Origin: Eledone cirrhosa | Taxonomy: Eukaryota | Length of the DNA: 64,000 nt | Assembly: GCA_964016885.1 (NCBI GenBank) | Contig: OZ024742.1 | Span: 119,846,001 to 119,910,000 of the forward strand | Direction of reading: 5' to 3' | Part shown: piece by piece, positions 54,701-64,000 of the stretch | How the letters are laid out: each line of letters opens with the position of its first letter | Numbering within the stretch: position 1 is the stretch's first letter | The notes under the pieces: model-generated | Told to the model about the DNA's origin: nothing | Seen by the model: only the letters and a program-made list of their open reading frames with translations | Databases searched by the model: none | Program-made: the position numbers and the translations under genes

Positions 54701-57249
54701 TCCCTTGAGTGGAGGTGGGTACCCACTTGAGTGGATGATGGTACCCACTTGAGTGGAGGTGGGTCCTCACTTAAGTGGAAGTGGGTCTTCACTTGAATGG
54801 AGGTGGGTAATCATTTGAGTGGAGGTGTGTACCCATATGAGTGGAAGATGGTTCCCACTTGAGTGGAGGTGGGTATCCATTTGAGTGGAGGTGAGTCCTC
54901 ACTTGAATGGAGTTGGGTCCTCACTTGAGTGGAGGTGTGTACCCATATGAGCGGAGGTGGGTACCCATTTGATTGGAGCTGAGTCCTCACTTGTGTGGAG
55001 GTGAGTGCTCACTTGAGTGGAGGTGGATGCTCACTTGAGTGGAGGTGGGTACCCACTTGAGTGGAAGATGGTACCCACTTGAGTGGAGGTGGGTCCTCAC
55101 TTGAGTGGAGGTGGGTAATTATTTGAGTGGAGGTGTGTACCCATATGAGTGGAAGATGGTTCCCACTTGATTGGAGGTGGGTATCCATTTGAGTGGAGGT
55201 GAGTCCTCACTTGAATGGAGTTGGATCCTCACTTTAGTGGAGGTGGGCACCCACTTGATTGGAAAATGGTACCTACTTGAGTGGAAGATGGTACCCACTT
55301 GAATGGAGGTGGGTCTTCACTTGAGTGGAGGTGGGTACCCACTTGAGTGGAAGATGGTACCCACTTGAGTGGAGGTGGGTACCCATTTGCGTGGAGGTGG
55401 GTCCTCACTTGAGTGGAGGTGGGTCCTCACTTGAGTGGAGGTGGGTCCTCACTTGAGTGGAGGTAGGTCCTCACTTGAGTGGAAGATGGTACTCACTTGA
55501 GTGGAAGATGGTACCCACTTGAGTTGAGGTGGATACCCATTTGAGTGGAGGTGGGTAGTCACTTGAATGGAAGTGGGAGTAATAGAATAGTAAAAATGCT
55601 ATAATTATTTGATGTTATTTTGATCTTATATTAAAAGTGAAGCCAGATTTCTGTGAAGCACAGCCAAGATATAGAAAACGCCCTGGTGAATGCTACAGCT
55701 ATGATACAAGAGTAAGTTCATTCTTTGCAGTTTTCTCTCCAGTTTATAATAAACTTAAGATGTGTATTTTTTATCAAAATGTTACAACTTTGTAGCATTC
55801 GTCAATACAGTTTAATAACACCATAAAAATAAACTCTTTAGTTATTTGTAAATGTATTACTACATTATACATGAGTTAACATCAATATTACTCATATAAG
55901 TTGGATATATATCTTGATGTGAATCAATATCAAAGCTACTATAATGGTTGTTAAATAAATTGAAAATACTGTTGGTATACAAGAACAATATTTTTACCAC
56001 TTAATTTATCTGAACATTTAAAAAGTATAGCCATCACTCGCAATCAAGTATGACTTTGTACCAGTAAGAGTCATGTTAGTCATTCATATTTTTAAAGCCC
56101 CACACACAGAAGAACATCTAAGATATATCAAATTACTGCCTTTTTAAACATCTAAAGCAATTATTTTTTTATCTAGCTTCTTTATTTAATATCTTTAACT
56201 TTGTTTGGCTAGGCACAGATAACATTATTCTAGAGGGTTGGACGCCATGCTTTTCAGCATAGAGTCATGGCCCTTTATGATCTGAGTTCAAATCCCATCG
56301 AGGTTAACTTTGCCTTTCATCCTTACAGGGTCGATAAAATAAAGCACCAGTAATGCACTTGGATAATTGCTGGCCTTGTACCAAAAGTAGAAACAATTAT
56401 TCTAATTGAACACAAAATATTCTAAATTCCCTAATGATTTGCATTGCCGAGGTTGACTTTGCCTTTCATCCTTACGGGGTCGATAAAATAAAGTACCAGT
56501 AATGCACTTGGATAATTGCTGGCCTTGTACCAAAAGTAGAAACAATTATTCTAATTGAACACAAAATATTCTAAATTCCCTAATGATTTGCATTGCCGAG
56601 GTTGACTTTGCCTTTCATCCTTACGGGGTCGATAAAATAAAGTACCAGTAATGCACTGGGTAATTGCTGGCCTTGTGCCTAAAGTAGAAACAATTATATC
56701 TAATAATCCTATGTTTCATCATCAGAAAGAAATTACTATACATAGACAGTTGTAAATTCTTCTTCTTTTGTATTATCTGTTGCTTCCCTTTTGTTTTATT
56801 TAGTTGGGCTAAACTAATGTGTACAGCACATTATTCCAAGTCTTTAGCTTAATTCTTCACATCCTGAAATGATTTAACAGAAGATATTTATAAACGGATT
56901 TTTAATTTAAATGTTTTTGTATTTTTAATAATGGAAATATTATTGTGAAAATATGTATTATTAGAGTTAAGATTTTAGTTTTTAATATGATACAGTTTTG
57001 TACTTTTCAAGAATGTCTTGCTAATACGATTTTATGTGGTGCTAGATATTAAGAGTTAGTGAACTATTAAGAGTAAGTGAACTCATTTCATTTTGCCAAG
57101 AATATTATTTTCTAATCATATATATTCTATTTTCTATTTTGCAGGAAGATGTTCGGAAATGTAGTGGTTCAGCCAATCTTCCATCTTATTTTGTTCTGTT
57201 GACAGCCCTCTTTCTGCTTCGCTTGTGTGTTTATTTAAGTGATAGTTGA
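17944..57249 (+). CDS. CACNA2D: Voltage-gated calcium channel auxiliary subunit alpha-2/delta, 3' portion; 18 exons, 484 aa, 5' exons not found in window
   Basis: All 18 exons have AG/GT boundaries and compatible phases (1455 nt including TGA). The peptide is colinear with recalled alpha2delta motifs: NRTYSFTPIAETTFSL, IAPWDY, LIQLLLWDA, FVGTNGGLTMVYP, YYQRAI..FVYTAPY, CYLLDDGAF, VGQFLGDVD, DFQATC, SCI..TQFY, CENCTR, PRYRKRPGECY, C-terminal CSGS plus hydrophobic tail. Paralog not assignable. Confidence 0.93.
18671..19013 (+). mobile_element. tRNA-derived SINE with RTE tail and (ATG)n end
   Basis: Near-identical to the 16851 and 24813 copies. Confidence 0.88.
19020..19305 (+). mobile_element. 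CR1 LINE 3' end with (ATT)n tail
   Basis: Matches the reverse complement of 25995-26220. Confidence 0.78.
19340..19407 (+). CDS. CACNA2D: alpha2delta exon b: LCISVPTHQNKYVQPMGITANE(G)
   Basis: tacag|T...GAAG|gtaaat; phases 2/1 fit both neighbours. Confidence 0.82.
19683..19985 (+). mobile_element. Second tRNA-derived SINE family; partial minus copy at about 33370-33545
   Basis: Degenerate A/B boxes, shared CCTTGAGCAAGACACTTTATTTC core, different 3' body. Confidence 0.72.
20787..20854. repeat. (TC)n microsatellite
   Basis: Read directly. Confidence 0.97.
21540..22494 (-). mobile_element. Degraded, internally deleted mariner (DD34D-type) transposon
   Basis: Minus strand MDKIWHCGVIKYLQKKGLTSKDIHAEMVATLG from 22316 and GVLFHQDNAPAHKS near 21690; TIR-like end near 22465-22494. 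Confidence 0.78.
22569..22617 (+). CDS. CACNA2D: alpha2delta exon c: KTLLHSNLSSMLIAP(W)
   Basis: ttctag|GG...CATG|gtaagc; IAP motif. Confidence 0.85.
23486..23571 (+). CDS. CACNA2D: alpha2delta exon d: DYYAGYSKEDNITMTADDLFNVIDDYMG(V)
   Basis: ctgtag|G...GGCG|gtatgt; phases 2/1. Confidence 0.85.
23650..24810 (-). pseudogene. Highly degraded LINE reverse transcriptase fragment
   Basis: VPQKSPSPAFFHLYINYL near 24270 resembles GVPQGSVLSP.LF.LYINDL; boundaries approximate. Confidence 0.45.
24813..25206 (+). mobile_element. tRNA-derived SINE with RTE tail (long form, duplicated internal unit)
   Basis: A/B boxes, two AAAGCACCCAGC units, (ATG)n tail. Confidence 0.88.
25832..25928 (+). CDS. CACNA2D: alpha2delta exon e: NPSLIQLLLWDANVTKKMELYWHDLDTISQF(K)
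   Basis: ttcag|TT...TTTAA|gtatgt; LI..LL.DA..T....YW motif. Confidence 0.88.
25993..27650 (-). mobile_element. 5'-truncated CR1-clade LINE, frameshifted RT
   Basis: NYRPVSLTS, YLDFAKAFNSVPH, SGVPQ, KYADDIK, ERDLG, VRPHLEFASPVWNPY; (ATT)n tail. Confidence 0.92.
27908..28126 (-). mobile_element. piggyBac-like MITE (family of 49346)
   Basis: TTAA flanks, degenerate TIRs, body shared with the 49346 copy in reverse. Confidence 0.7.
28785..28930 (+). mobile_element. Third SINE family (B box GAGTTCAAATCC plus TTTGCCTTTCATCC..GGGTCGATAAAATAAAGTACCAG core; MetaSINE-like by recall); other copies at 40580-40790, 45230-45610, 56230-56697
   Basis: Recurrent within the window. Confidence 0.72.
29707..29775 (+). 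CDS. CACNA2D: alpha2delta exon f: FREDVIATFVGTNGGLTMVYPA(S)
   Basis: tttag|G...GCCAG|gtaga; second in-frame acceptor possible at 29713. Confidence 0.88.
29988..30970 (+). mobile_element. RTE LINE subfamily A, frameshifted, with C4HC3 finger
   Basis: KTK, C.IC...KCTQC.SWVHKRC...CSCC, LHGSETW; 3' end matches 971-1665. Confidence 0.88.
31120..31223 (+). CDS. CACNA2D: alpha2delta exon g: EKDRYVNWRDVWRADYYQRAIRVDDFVYTAPYRR(G)
   Basis: ttctag|T...AGAG|gtatga; Cache-domain Y.RA....FVYTAPY motif. Confidence 0.9.
31470..32366 (+). mobile_element. Degraded RTE LINE subfamily C with 3'UTR
   Basis: Colinear with the reverse complement of 7328-8230; (GAT)n tail. Confidence 0.8.
33095..33172 (+). CDS. 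CACNA2D: alpha2delta exon h: AVANGTAPPITVVRSIKINNNLKTA(V)
   Basis: Polypyrimidine tract then atag|GA...GCTG|gtatgt. Confidence 0.85.
34500..34978 (+). pseudogene. LINE RT fragment (different RTE-like lineage, no zinc finger)
   Basis: VRQGCMAAPDLFN, LEYADD, GLQVSWAKTK, FIYLGS. Confidence 0.75.
35119..35288 (+). CDS. CACNA2D: alpha2delta exon i: IGVTMNHSR...CYLLDDGAFVISTNQEDKLGA
   Basis: ttcag|TG...GCA|gtaagt; C.LLDDG.F motif. Confidence 0.92.
35610..36150 (+). pseudogene. RTE (Expander/Rex3-like) LINE 3' fragment
   Basis: PTLTYGHES, SQLRYHGHVVRM, RRPRGRP. Confidence 0.72.
36471..36675 (+). mobile_element. piggyBac-like MITE (family of 49346)
   Basis: CCCTTT...GCTAAAGGG-TTAA ends, shared body. 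Confidence 0.72.
38008..38078 (+). CDS. CACNA2D: alpha2delta exon j: VGQFLGDVDQGLMFGLLNQTVYV(K)
   Basis: ctcag|GTT...TAAA|gtaagt; G.F.G..D..LM motif. Confidence 0.9.
39738..39870. repeat. (GT)n/(TA)n/(CA)n compound microsatellite
   Basis: Read directly. Confidence 0.92.
40328..40406 (+). CDS. CACNA2D: alpha2delta exon k: HEVSDFQATCQRKVKPSAGGLKNIRV
   Basis: tttag|A...GTG|gtaaat; D(F/Y)Q..C motif. Confidence 0.88.
41516..41739 (-). mobile_element. piggyBac-like MITE (family of 49346)
   Basis: CCCTTTAGCATTTA TIR, shared body in reverse orientation. Confidence 0.75.
42037..42098 (+). CDS. CACNA2D: alpha2delta exon l: PSVNLLYDMLNLKWWFNKVA(W)
   Basis: tacag|CCT...CATG|gtgagt; PS...WW....AW motif. 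Confidence 0.88.
42283..42728. mobile_element. Probable solo LTR
   Basis: TGTAGT...ACTACA ends with about 13-bp imperfect inverted repeat, CpG-richer than flanks, AATAAA on minus strand, 3x GCTGAGTAGA; no TSD seen. Confidence 0.5.
43173..43199 (+). CDS. CACNA2D: alpha2delta micro-exon m (27 nt): SYFSFNIY(N)
   Basis: Pyrimidine tract then tttag|G...ACAA|gtaagt; symmetric phase 2/2. Confidence 0.7.
43513..44790 (-). mobile_element. RTE LINE pieces: 5'UTR plus APE endonuclease (44790-43835) next to a subfamily A 3' end (43775-43513)
   Basis: CNVG, VGVGILL, ISDRII, SAYAPQ, RNEEG.RVLEFC, SQIDFLL; PRKAW...REKRT*. Confidence 0.82.
45853..45881 (+). CDS. CACNA2D: alpha2delta micro-exon n (29 nt): WFFSKPINF(A)
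   Basis: ttcag|T...TTTG|gtaagt; needed to convert phase 2 to phase 1. Confidence 0.78.
47807..47924 (+). CDS. CACNA2D: alpha2delta exon o (start of delta): YGEEEGEAESCIMNRTQFYW...PCENCT(R)
   Basis: ttctag|CA...CTAG|gtaagt; SCI..TQ.Y and C.NC.R motifs. Confidence 0.92.
48482..48809. mobile_element. hAT/Charlie-like MITE
   Basis: TIRs TAGAGGTTCTCAAA / TTTGAGAACCTCTG; 8-bp flanks CTTTAAAC / CTTTAGAG. Confidence 0.8.
49196..49302 (+). CDS. CACNA2D: alpha2delta exon p: EFRVVRLLYSNLALVVTELECDECSYPQIIQKPSE
   Basis: tttag|G...GAAG|gtaggc; (S/T)NL..V motif. Confidence 0.9.
49346..49566 (+). mobile_element. piggyBac-like MITE
   Basis: TTAA TSD on both sides; perfect TIR CCCTTTAGCATTTA / TAAATGCTAAAGGG. 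Confidence 0.85.
50678..51815 (-). mobile_element. 5'-truncated RTE LINE subfamily B, open frame, young
   Basis: ORF 51077-51799 HKRC...FTCGRC...FRYLGD; (CAT)n on + strand at 50678. Confidence 0.92.
51851..54302 (-). mobile_element. Older RTE LINE (RT at about 52900-54302) with long 3' region of repeated UTR modules
   Basis: AFDRFPH, VHQGSVLSPLLFIIVL, YADDL, WTHKRC, FCYLGD on minus strand; many disruptions. Confidence 0.75.
54545..55578. repeat. 22-bp minisatellite, about 47 copies, consensus CACTTGAGTGGAGGTGGGTACC
   Basis: 22-nt period read directly; higher-order 14-15-unit repeat. Confidence 0.95.
55638..55711 (+). CDS. CACNA2D: alpha2delta exon q: (V)KPDFCEAQPRYRKRPGECYSYDTR
   Basis: PRYRK.P..C motif; donor AGA|gtaagt; acceptor either aag (55638) or ccag (55647), both in frame. 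Confidence 0.85.
56300..56697 (+). repeat. 149-bp tandem triplication of SINE core plus flank
   Basis: Units start at 56300, 56449, 56598. Confidence 0.9.
57145..57249 (+). CDS. CACNA2D: alpha2delta last coding exon: EDVRKCSGSANLPSYFVLLTALFLLRLCVYLSDS*; GPI-anchor-type signal
   Basis: tgcag|GAA; small-residue CSGS followed by hydrophobic tail; TGA at 57247-57249. Confidence 0.9.
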   Translation, partial: EDVRKCSGSANLPSYFVLLTALFLLRLCVYLSDS

Positions 57250-60200
57250 TAACAGATTAATTATAATGATACAAACACCCATTCCATTCTTTACTACCCA
57301 ATGATTTTGTCTTTGTACTCCACAATATCATATTCGTTGCATATATAAACTCTTGAAAGGCCAGATCTATGATCTATTGAAAAAATGTTTTCATTTAATT
57401 ATTAATTAAATCACTTTTTTTTTTAAACCACAGTATTAATAAATTATATTGTTCTGATTACTAAGTTTTTATAAGTTTGCAAGAAACCAAAAAAAAATCA
57501 ACAAGAAACAAAAAAATGGCAATTATGGATTCTTTCTAGTATATTATAACAAATTATATAGTATTTTATATCTTTCGCCCTGAATTTAAATAATTGTTTT
57601 TTGTTTCATGCTCCCTCCCTCTCTATTTATGTCTCTCTCCTTCCTTCTCTGCTCCCCCTCTCTCCCCCATTTCTTTTGTTATTTTTTGTTGTTCAATTGG
57701 TGGATTTCAGAATGGGGGATAAAACTATTTTTTATTTAAATTTTATATACAAATTAATTGAAAGTTTTTACTCTTCCTAACAAGTTTATTTTCTCATGGT
57801 TTAAAAAAAAATCTATTTCCAATTAACTCCATTCCACTGTTTGCAGTGATAAAATTTTCATTATAACTCATAACCTCAGTGGATTGAATATCAAAATTAA
57901 GAAAGTGCAAATTTAAGTTGCTAATAACCAGCCTTCATTATTTAATGAAAGTTGTATTTTTTAGTTTTCTTCATAAAAAAGGAAAATAATTGAAAATTTT
58001 CAATAATATATTATTGATGGAAAGCAGTGCTTTCTCATGAAGTATTTTGTATGTCATTTTAACTTTAAAAATCATTTTTTCTAGGAAAAACTTATATATG
58101 CTTTACATTTAACCCATCCAATATTTTGTGCATGTGTATGTAAGCTTTTAAAATATCTGATTATAAAACATATTTGTAAAAAAAATATTTTTTTTTAAAC
58201 ATTGTTATGAATTCCACCATTTTGTGAGTGATTGCTTTCCTGGGAAATCACTGTAATTTGTTAGTTTTATTATCTCATCATTTTAATTTTGTATCATCTA
58301 GAAATGTATCAACTATTTCTTGTCTAATCTCAGTTAAGTATAGAAAGTCTGCACCGTGCAGATAAAATGTCTACTAGCTCTAGTAACCGTCCATTATACA
58401 TGGAGACAGTTGGACACAAAGAATGTATCAGTTTTTCGACTTGGTGGAAATCCTGTCAGTTTTTTTGTTTTTCGTTCTTTTATATACCTATAGTTAATTT
58501 ATCATGTGAAATTCAAATTAGCTCAGTAACTACATTTCAAATTTTCAGATTTTCATAGTCATTCTTAAAATATAATATTAGAACAATATTCAACATAGGA
58601 TAAAAAGATAATTGATATGATGTTTATGTTCATTTATTATTTATAGTATATTATTAGCCAAGTCGACAGCTGGTTTCAGTTCTTATTTGAAGCTGCAAAT
58701 ACCCTTGAGAAAAGCATGTACATCTCACAATCTCATTCTTTCCTCTAAAAATTTGTGGCCACGTGTCTAAGTAAGAAATCAATATTTAAAATGTGGTAGA
58801 GTAAGAAATAAGCTTCTGGCAAGCTAATTCCTCGACCTAGTTAAAATTTCTAGTTGACACCATTTGATATCATGTAATTCAGTCTTTGAGAAAAGCATGA
58901 ACGTCACAACATCCCATTCACCCCATAAGATATGTGGCTTGTGCCTATGTAAGAAATCAATATTTTGAAGGGTTTTTTAAAAAATTTGCATATGTTTATA
59001 TTTATTTTTAAGTTTTACCAAGTACTTTTAATTTTCACATCAGCCTTACATCTTTTAAATTCTTGTTATTAAATGCAAATATACATATCTCTTAACTGAT
59101 TACACATTTCATGAACTGATCATATATTTCCCGGTTGGGAAAATAAAAAATTATGTTGCTAATATTAAATCAGACAAGCTTAGAATTTTTCACAAGATAT
59201 ATTTTTAAATAGTTTATCAAAATTAACAAACAAACTTAACTTTAAATTTATTTTGATTTATTTAAATATAAACATAATTTATTTTATTTAACTTGAAAAT
59301 ATTTCAGTTCATCTTTTTTTTTTTAAAGTGAAATAAGTTGTTGAACATATTGGAATAGAGATAATTAATAATCTAGATTTAAGTTCTAGTCATTGAATTG
59401 TAGTACAGATTTTACTGTCACCACAATACCTTGTTGTTTTAGATGTAAGATGCAATGGTTGAATTGATAAGATATTAATTTCTTTACTTGTGTTATTCAT
59501 TAACTTGATCTCACAGCAAGCATTACATTTTCTATCTAAGCAAGACACTTAATTCCACTTGCCCTTTGGCTTTTAAGCCAAGTTGAATAAATTGTTATTT
59601 TAGATAACTGTTACTTTAGTTATTTAAAACTTGCTTATTCTAGAATGATATTTGTTTTTGTTTGTCTTTTACTTGTGCTACAAGTATTGTTTTTTTTATT
59701 CTTTTTTCAAAGAAAAAGAATTATTTTAAAAAGTATGAATTTTATTGTTCAGTTGCAACCAGATAAAATAACTTAAAATTGCATTTAGTAAAAATTTCTT
59801 AATTGTGATATTGTTGACATTTTCCTTTTATTTCTGGGATATTTTCCTATGTAATTACAGTCTTATATAAAGCCAAATTAACATTTATTCAAGATCACAT
59901 TCTGAATTAAAGTCAATCTCCAGAGAAAGATGTGATAATTACTTCTGAGCATAAACACAACTTAAAACAGTTGCATTCCTGAAATTTGTCCCAAGAGATT
60001 ATAAAAAAGAATATAATTCTAGTGTTACTGCTGCATTTGTCTAATCCAATTAGCCAAAACAGTTAACCTTTTATTTAAATTTCATTCTTTCATTTTAAAA
60101 AAAGTAAGTAATATTTTCATTTTATCATTTGTTTTAATATCATCAACAGTGTGAAGAACTATTTGTTAGCAATGCTTTTTACTTTACAACTTTCATTTGG

Positions 60201-60963
60201 CAACTATAGTCTGTTTTAACTGGTTGTGTAATCACCACATGTCACTTGTTTTAACTCTCCTTTCGTTTTTTTTTCTTTATTCCCAGAGCATGTCATATAG
60301 TGTGCATGTGATTGCGGCAGAAATGATCAGTGTATATGATGCCACAACTCCTCCAGTTATTCCAATTGTTTACATGTCATTTCAGATGGTTAAATACAAA
60401 ATTCACAAAACTTAAACAGCTCATGCACAGGAAATATTCACTATTTATTTTTTCACACAAACAGATTTAATCCCTATAGTAAATGCAGTGTTGTTGCTAC
60501 CCTGTGTAAATTCACACAGAACTCTCTTTATACCTTAATTCTAGTAATGATGAATGTTATAGTGATTCAATGACAACTACTCATTGCTAAAAAAAAACAC
60601 AGTTTCATTACCATGACAGCTCAGTCGTTATTTATACCGACTTATTTATACTGACTTATTAAGTACTTAGTGTGTGTATATGTGTGATATATTAGAATTG
60701 TAAATCTTAACACTATCAAAACTCCAAGCTTCTCACAACAGCTTGGGGAGACAACTGGTAACCAGTCATCTCACAAGTGCTTTTGTGAAGAACTGAAAGT
60801 AAGGTTACTATATCTTTCTAGTTGGATCAATCTACAACACACACACACATATATATATATGTATATATATTCCTTTACTTGCTCCAGCCATCCAGCTGAG
60901 GCCATATACATATATATATATACATACATATATATTTTTTTTTTGCACATGTGCACCCACACA

Positions 60964-61012
<49 letters not shown>

Positions 61013-61015
<3 letters not shown>

Positions 61016-61248
61016 AAAAGCGTCAGGACCCCAACGGCTGAGCTCTGGCCATTTCGACAGCTAGGTCTGAGCGTTCAAACATAGCTGTCGAAACGGCGGG
61101 AGCTCAGCCGTCGGGGCCCTGACTCTTTTTCTATTACCCACTCTACTACCCTAAGTATCGAGTACTCTGGTGCGTTATGGGCCACCTGGATCTTACCACA
61201 CCCTCTTATATATATACATTACCTGGTTCCTTACCACACTTCCTTCAT

Positions 61249-61250
<2 letters not shown>
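61013..61250. mobile_element. Foldback element homologous to 16124-16334, opposite orientation, TA flanks
   Basis: Imperfect hairpin 61013-61133 plus shared leader. Confidence 0.68.
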
Positions 61251-61301
<51 letters not shown>

Positions 61302-61343
61302 ATATAAATATATGTATTTATATATATATATATATATACACGC

Positions 61344-61385
<42 letters not shown>

Positions 61386-61400
61386 ACGCACACACACACG

Positions 61401-61496
<96 letters not shown>

Positions 61497-61500
61497 CATT
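61250..61500. repeat. (TA)n/(GT)n/(CA)n compound microsatellite
   Basis: Read directly. Confidence 0.93.
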
Positions 61501-61805
61501 TATACAGACATACATGTACAAGTGTGGAAAACATGAGTGTGGAAAAGTTTTTAAGCTTTAAGATGAGAAATATGATGTATGCAGAATGGCATCCTGTCGG
61601 AGAGAAAATAAAATGTTTTTTTCTCCAATCATAAGTCAATCCCGAGACATTAATCTTCTCTCCATAGCATACAAAATTATCCATACTTCTGTACATAACT
61701 GTATATTTTTGCCAATGCAGACTACATGAACTTTGTTTTACATTCAGATATATACATTGTTTTTACATATATATATATATATGGGTGTGTGTATGTGTGT
61801 GTATA

Positions 61806-61844
<39 letters not shown>

Positions 61845-62514
61845 ATGTATATGTTCACTTCAACACACATCTTTCTATTTCTATGTATGAGTTTATACTG
61901 CCATCCAGTTTGCCACACTCTCCCTCTATCTTCTCTTACTGCCACTCGTTTGTTTGTCTACCTCCTGTCCTAACAACAAAATGTGTCATTCTAGAGGATG
62001 CAGCCATTTAAACCCCATCTACCCAGCAGCTTGGTACTGTTCCTACACTTTTCTTTCTTCTTCTCCTACACTATATTTGATAAAGGATTTAACCTGAAAC
62101 TTCAGATCACTTCTTTATCTATTCAGCATAAATATTTCCACTGTAGACACATTGTTCATGTCAATTACATGCTTTCTTTTTTCACTCTTTATTTTAAACC
62201 CCCATGTATCAATTGTTTGCTCCGTTGTCATTTTGAGTCGTTTTTACATATGATATATATATATTCTTATGACAAAATGTTGAGCCCTGTTACACTAGAG
62301 TTTCACCTGTGTAGTCATGTGTGTGCATTTGTGTGTGTTTTTTTCAGTTTGTGTGTGTTCATAGGTAACAAATAAGATTACTAATTAATACCTTATGTAA
62401 GACGTAATCGGGTGAAATAAATTCTTCTGTAAATAACGAGGTAAAATTGACCATCTTACATTTTATGCAAGTCTCTAGTACTCTCACCACATTCTGTGTT
62501 AGAATAAGCAAATT

Positions 62515-63843
<1,329 letters not shown>

Positions 63844-64000
63844 TTTCGTTTCTGAATTTGTTTAGCAAGATTCTTTATCTGAAAACGTGTGTTGAAACCG
63901 ATATTGTTATACTTTGGGAGGGTCATGTTGCAAATAAGAAACACGCGCACCAGTTGCTTTCACTTCAATTTATTATAAATTAAATTTATAAATTTAGGAA

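Noticed and set aside
54545-55578. Palindromic repeat array resembling CRISPR, or a coding repeat
   Set aside because: No unique spacers, no cas genes, eukaryotic intron; 22-nt period with frequent TGA

Overview
Eukaryotic, very AT-rich, repeat-dense DNA. The (TA)n expanses, RTE LINEs with (ATG)n tails and tRNA-derived SINEs suggest a coleoid cephalopod such as Octopus (inference). The host gene is the 3' part of a + strand voltage-gated Ca2+ channel auxiliary subunit alpha-2/delta (CACNA2D-like). I spliced 18 GT-AG exons (17944-57249) by hand into one open frame of 484 aa ending in a GPI-anchor-type signal; the ORF track misses this gene. Introns contain RTE LINE fragments whose RT carries an inserted C4HC3 (PHD-like) finger, a CR1 LINE, two Tc1/mariner relics, piggyBac-like and hAT-like MITEs, SINEs, a probable solo LTR and a 22-bp doubly palindromic minisatellite. 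The first 17.7 kb is a compound (TA)n array filled with insertions, including a cluster of short foldback elements carrying minimal hammerhead-ribozyme cores (Penelope-like LTR derivatives). All long YI/HT/CV-repeat ORFs are microsatellite artefacts.
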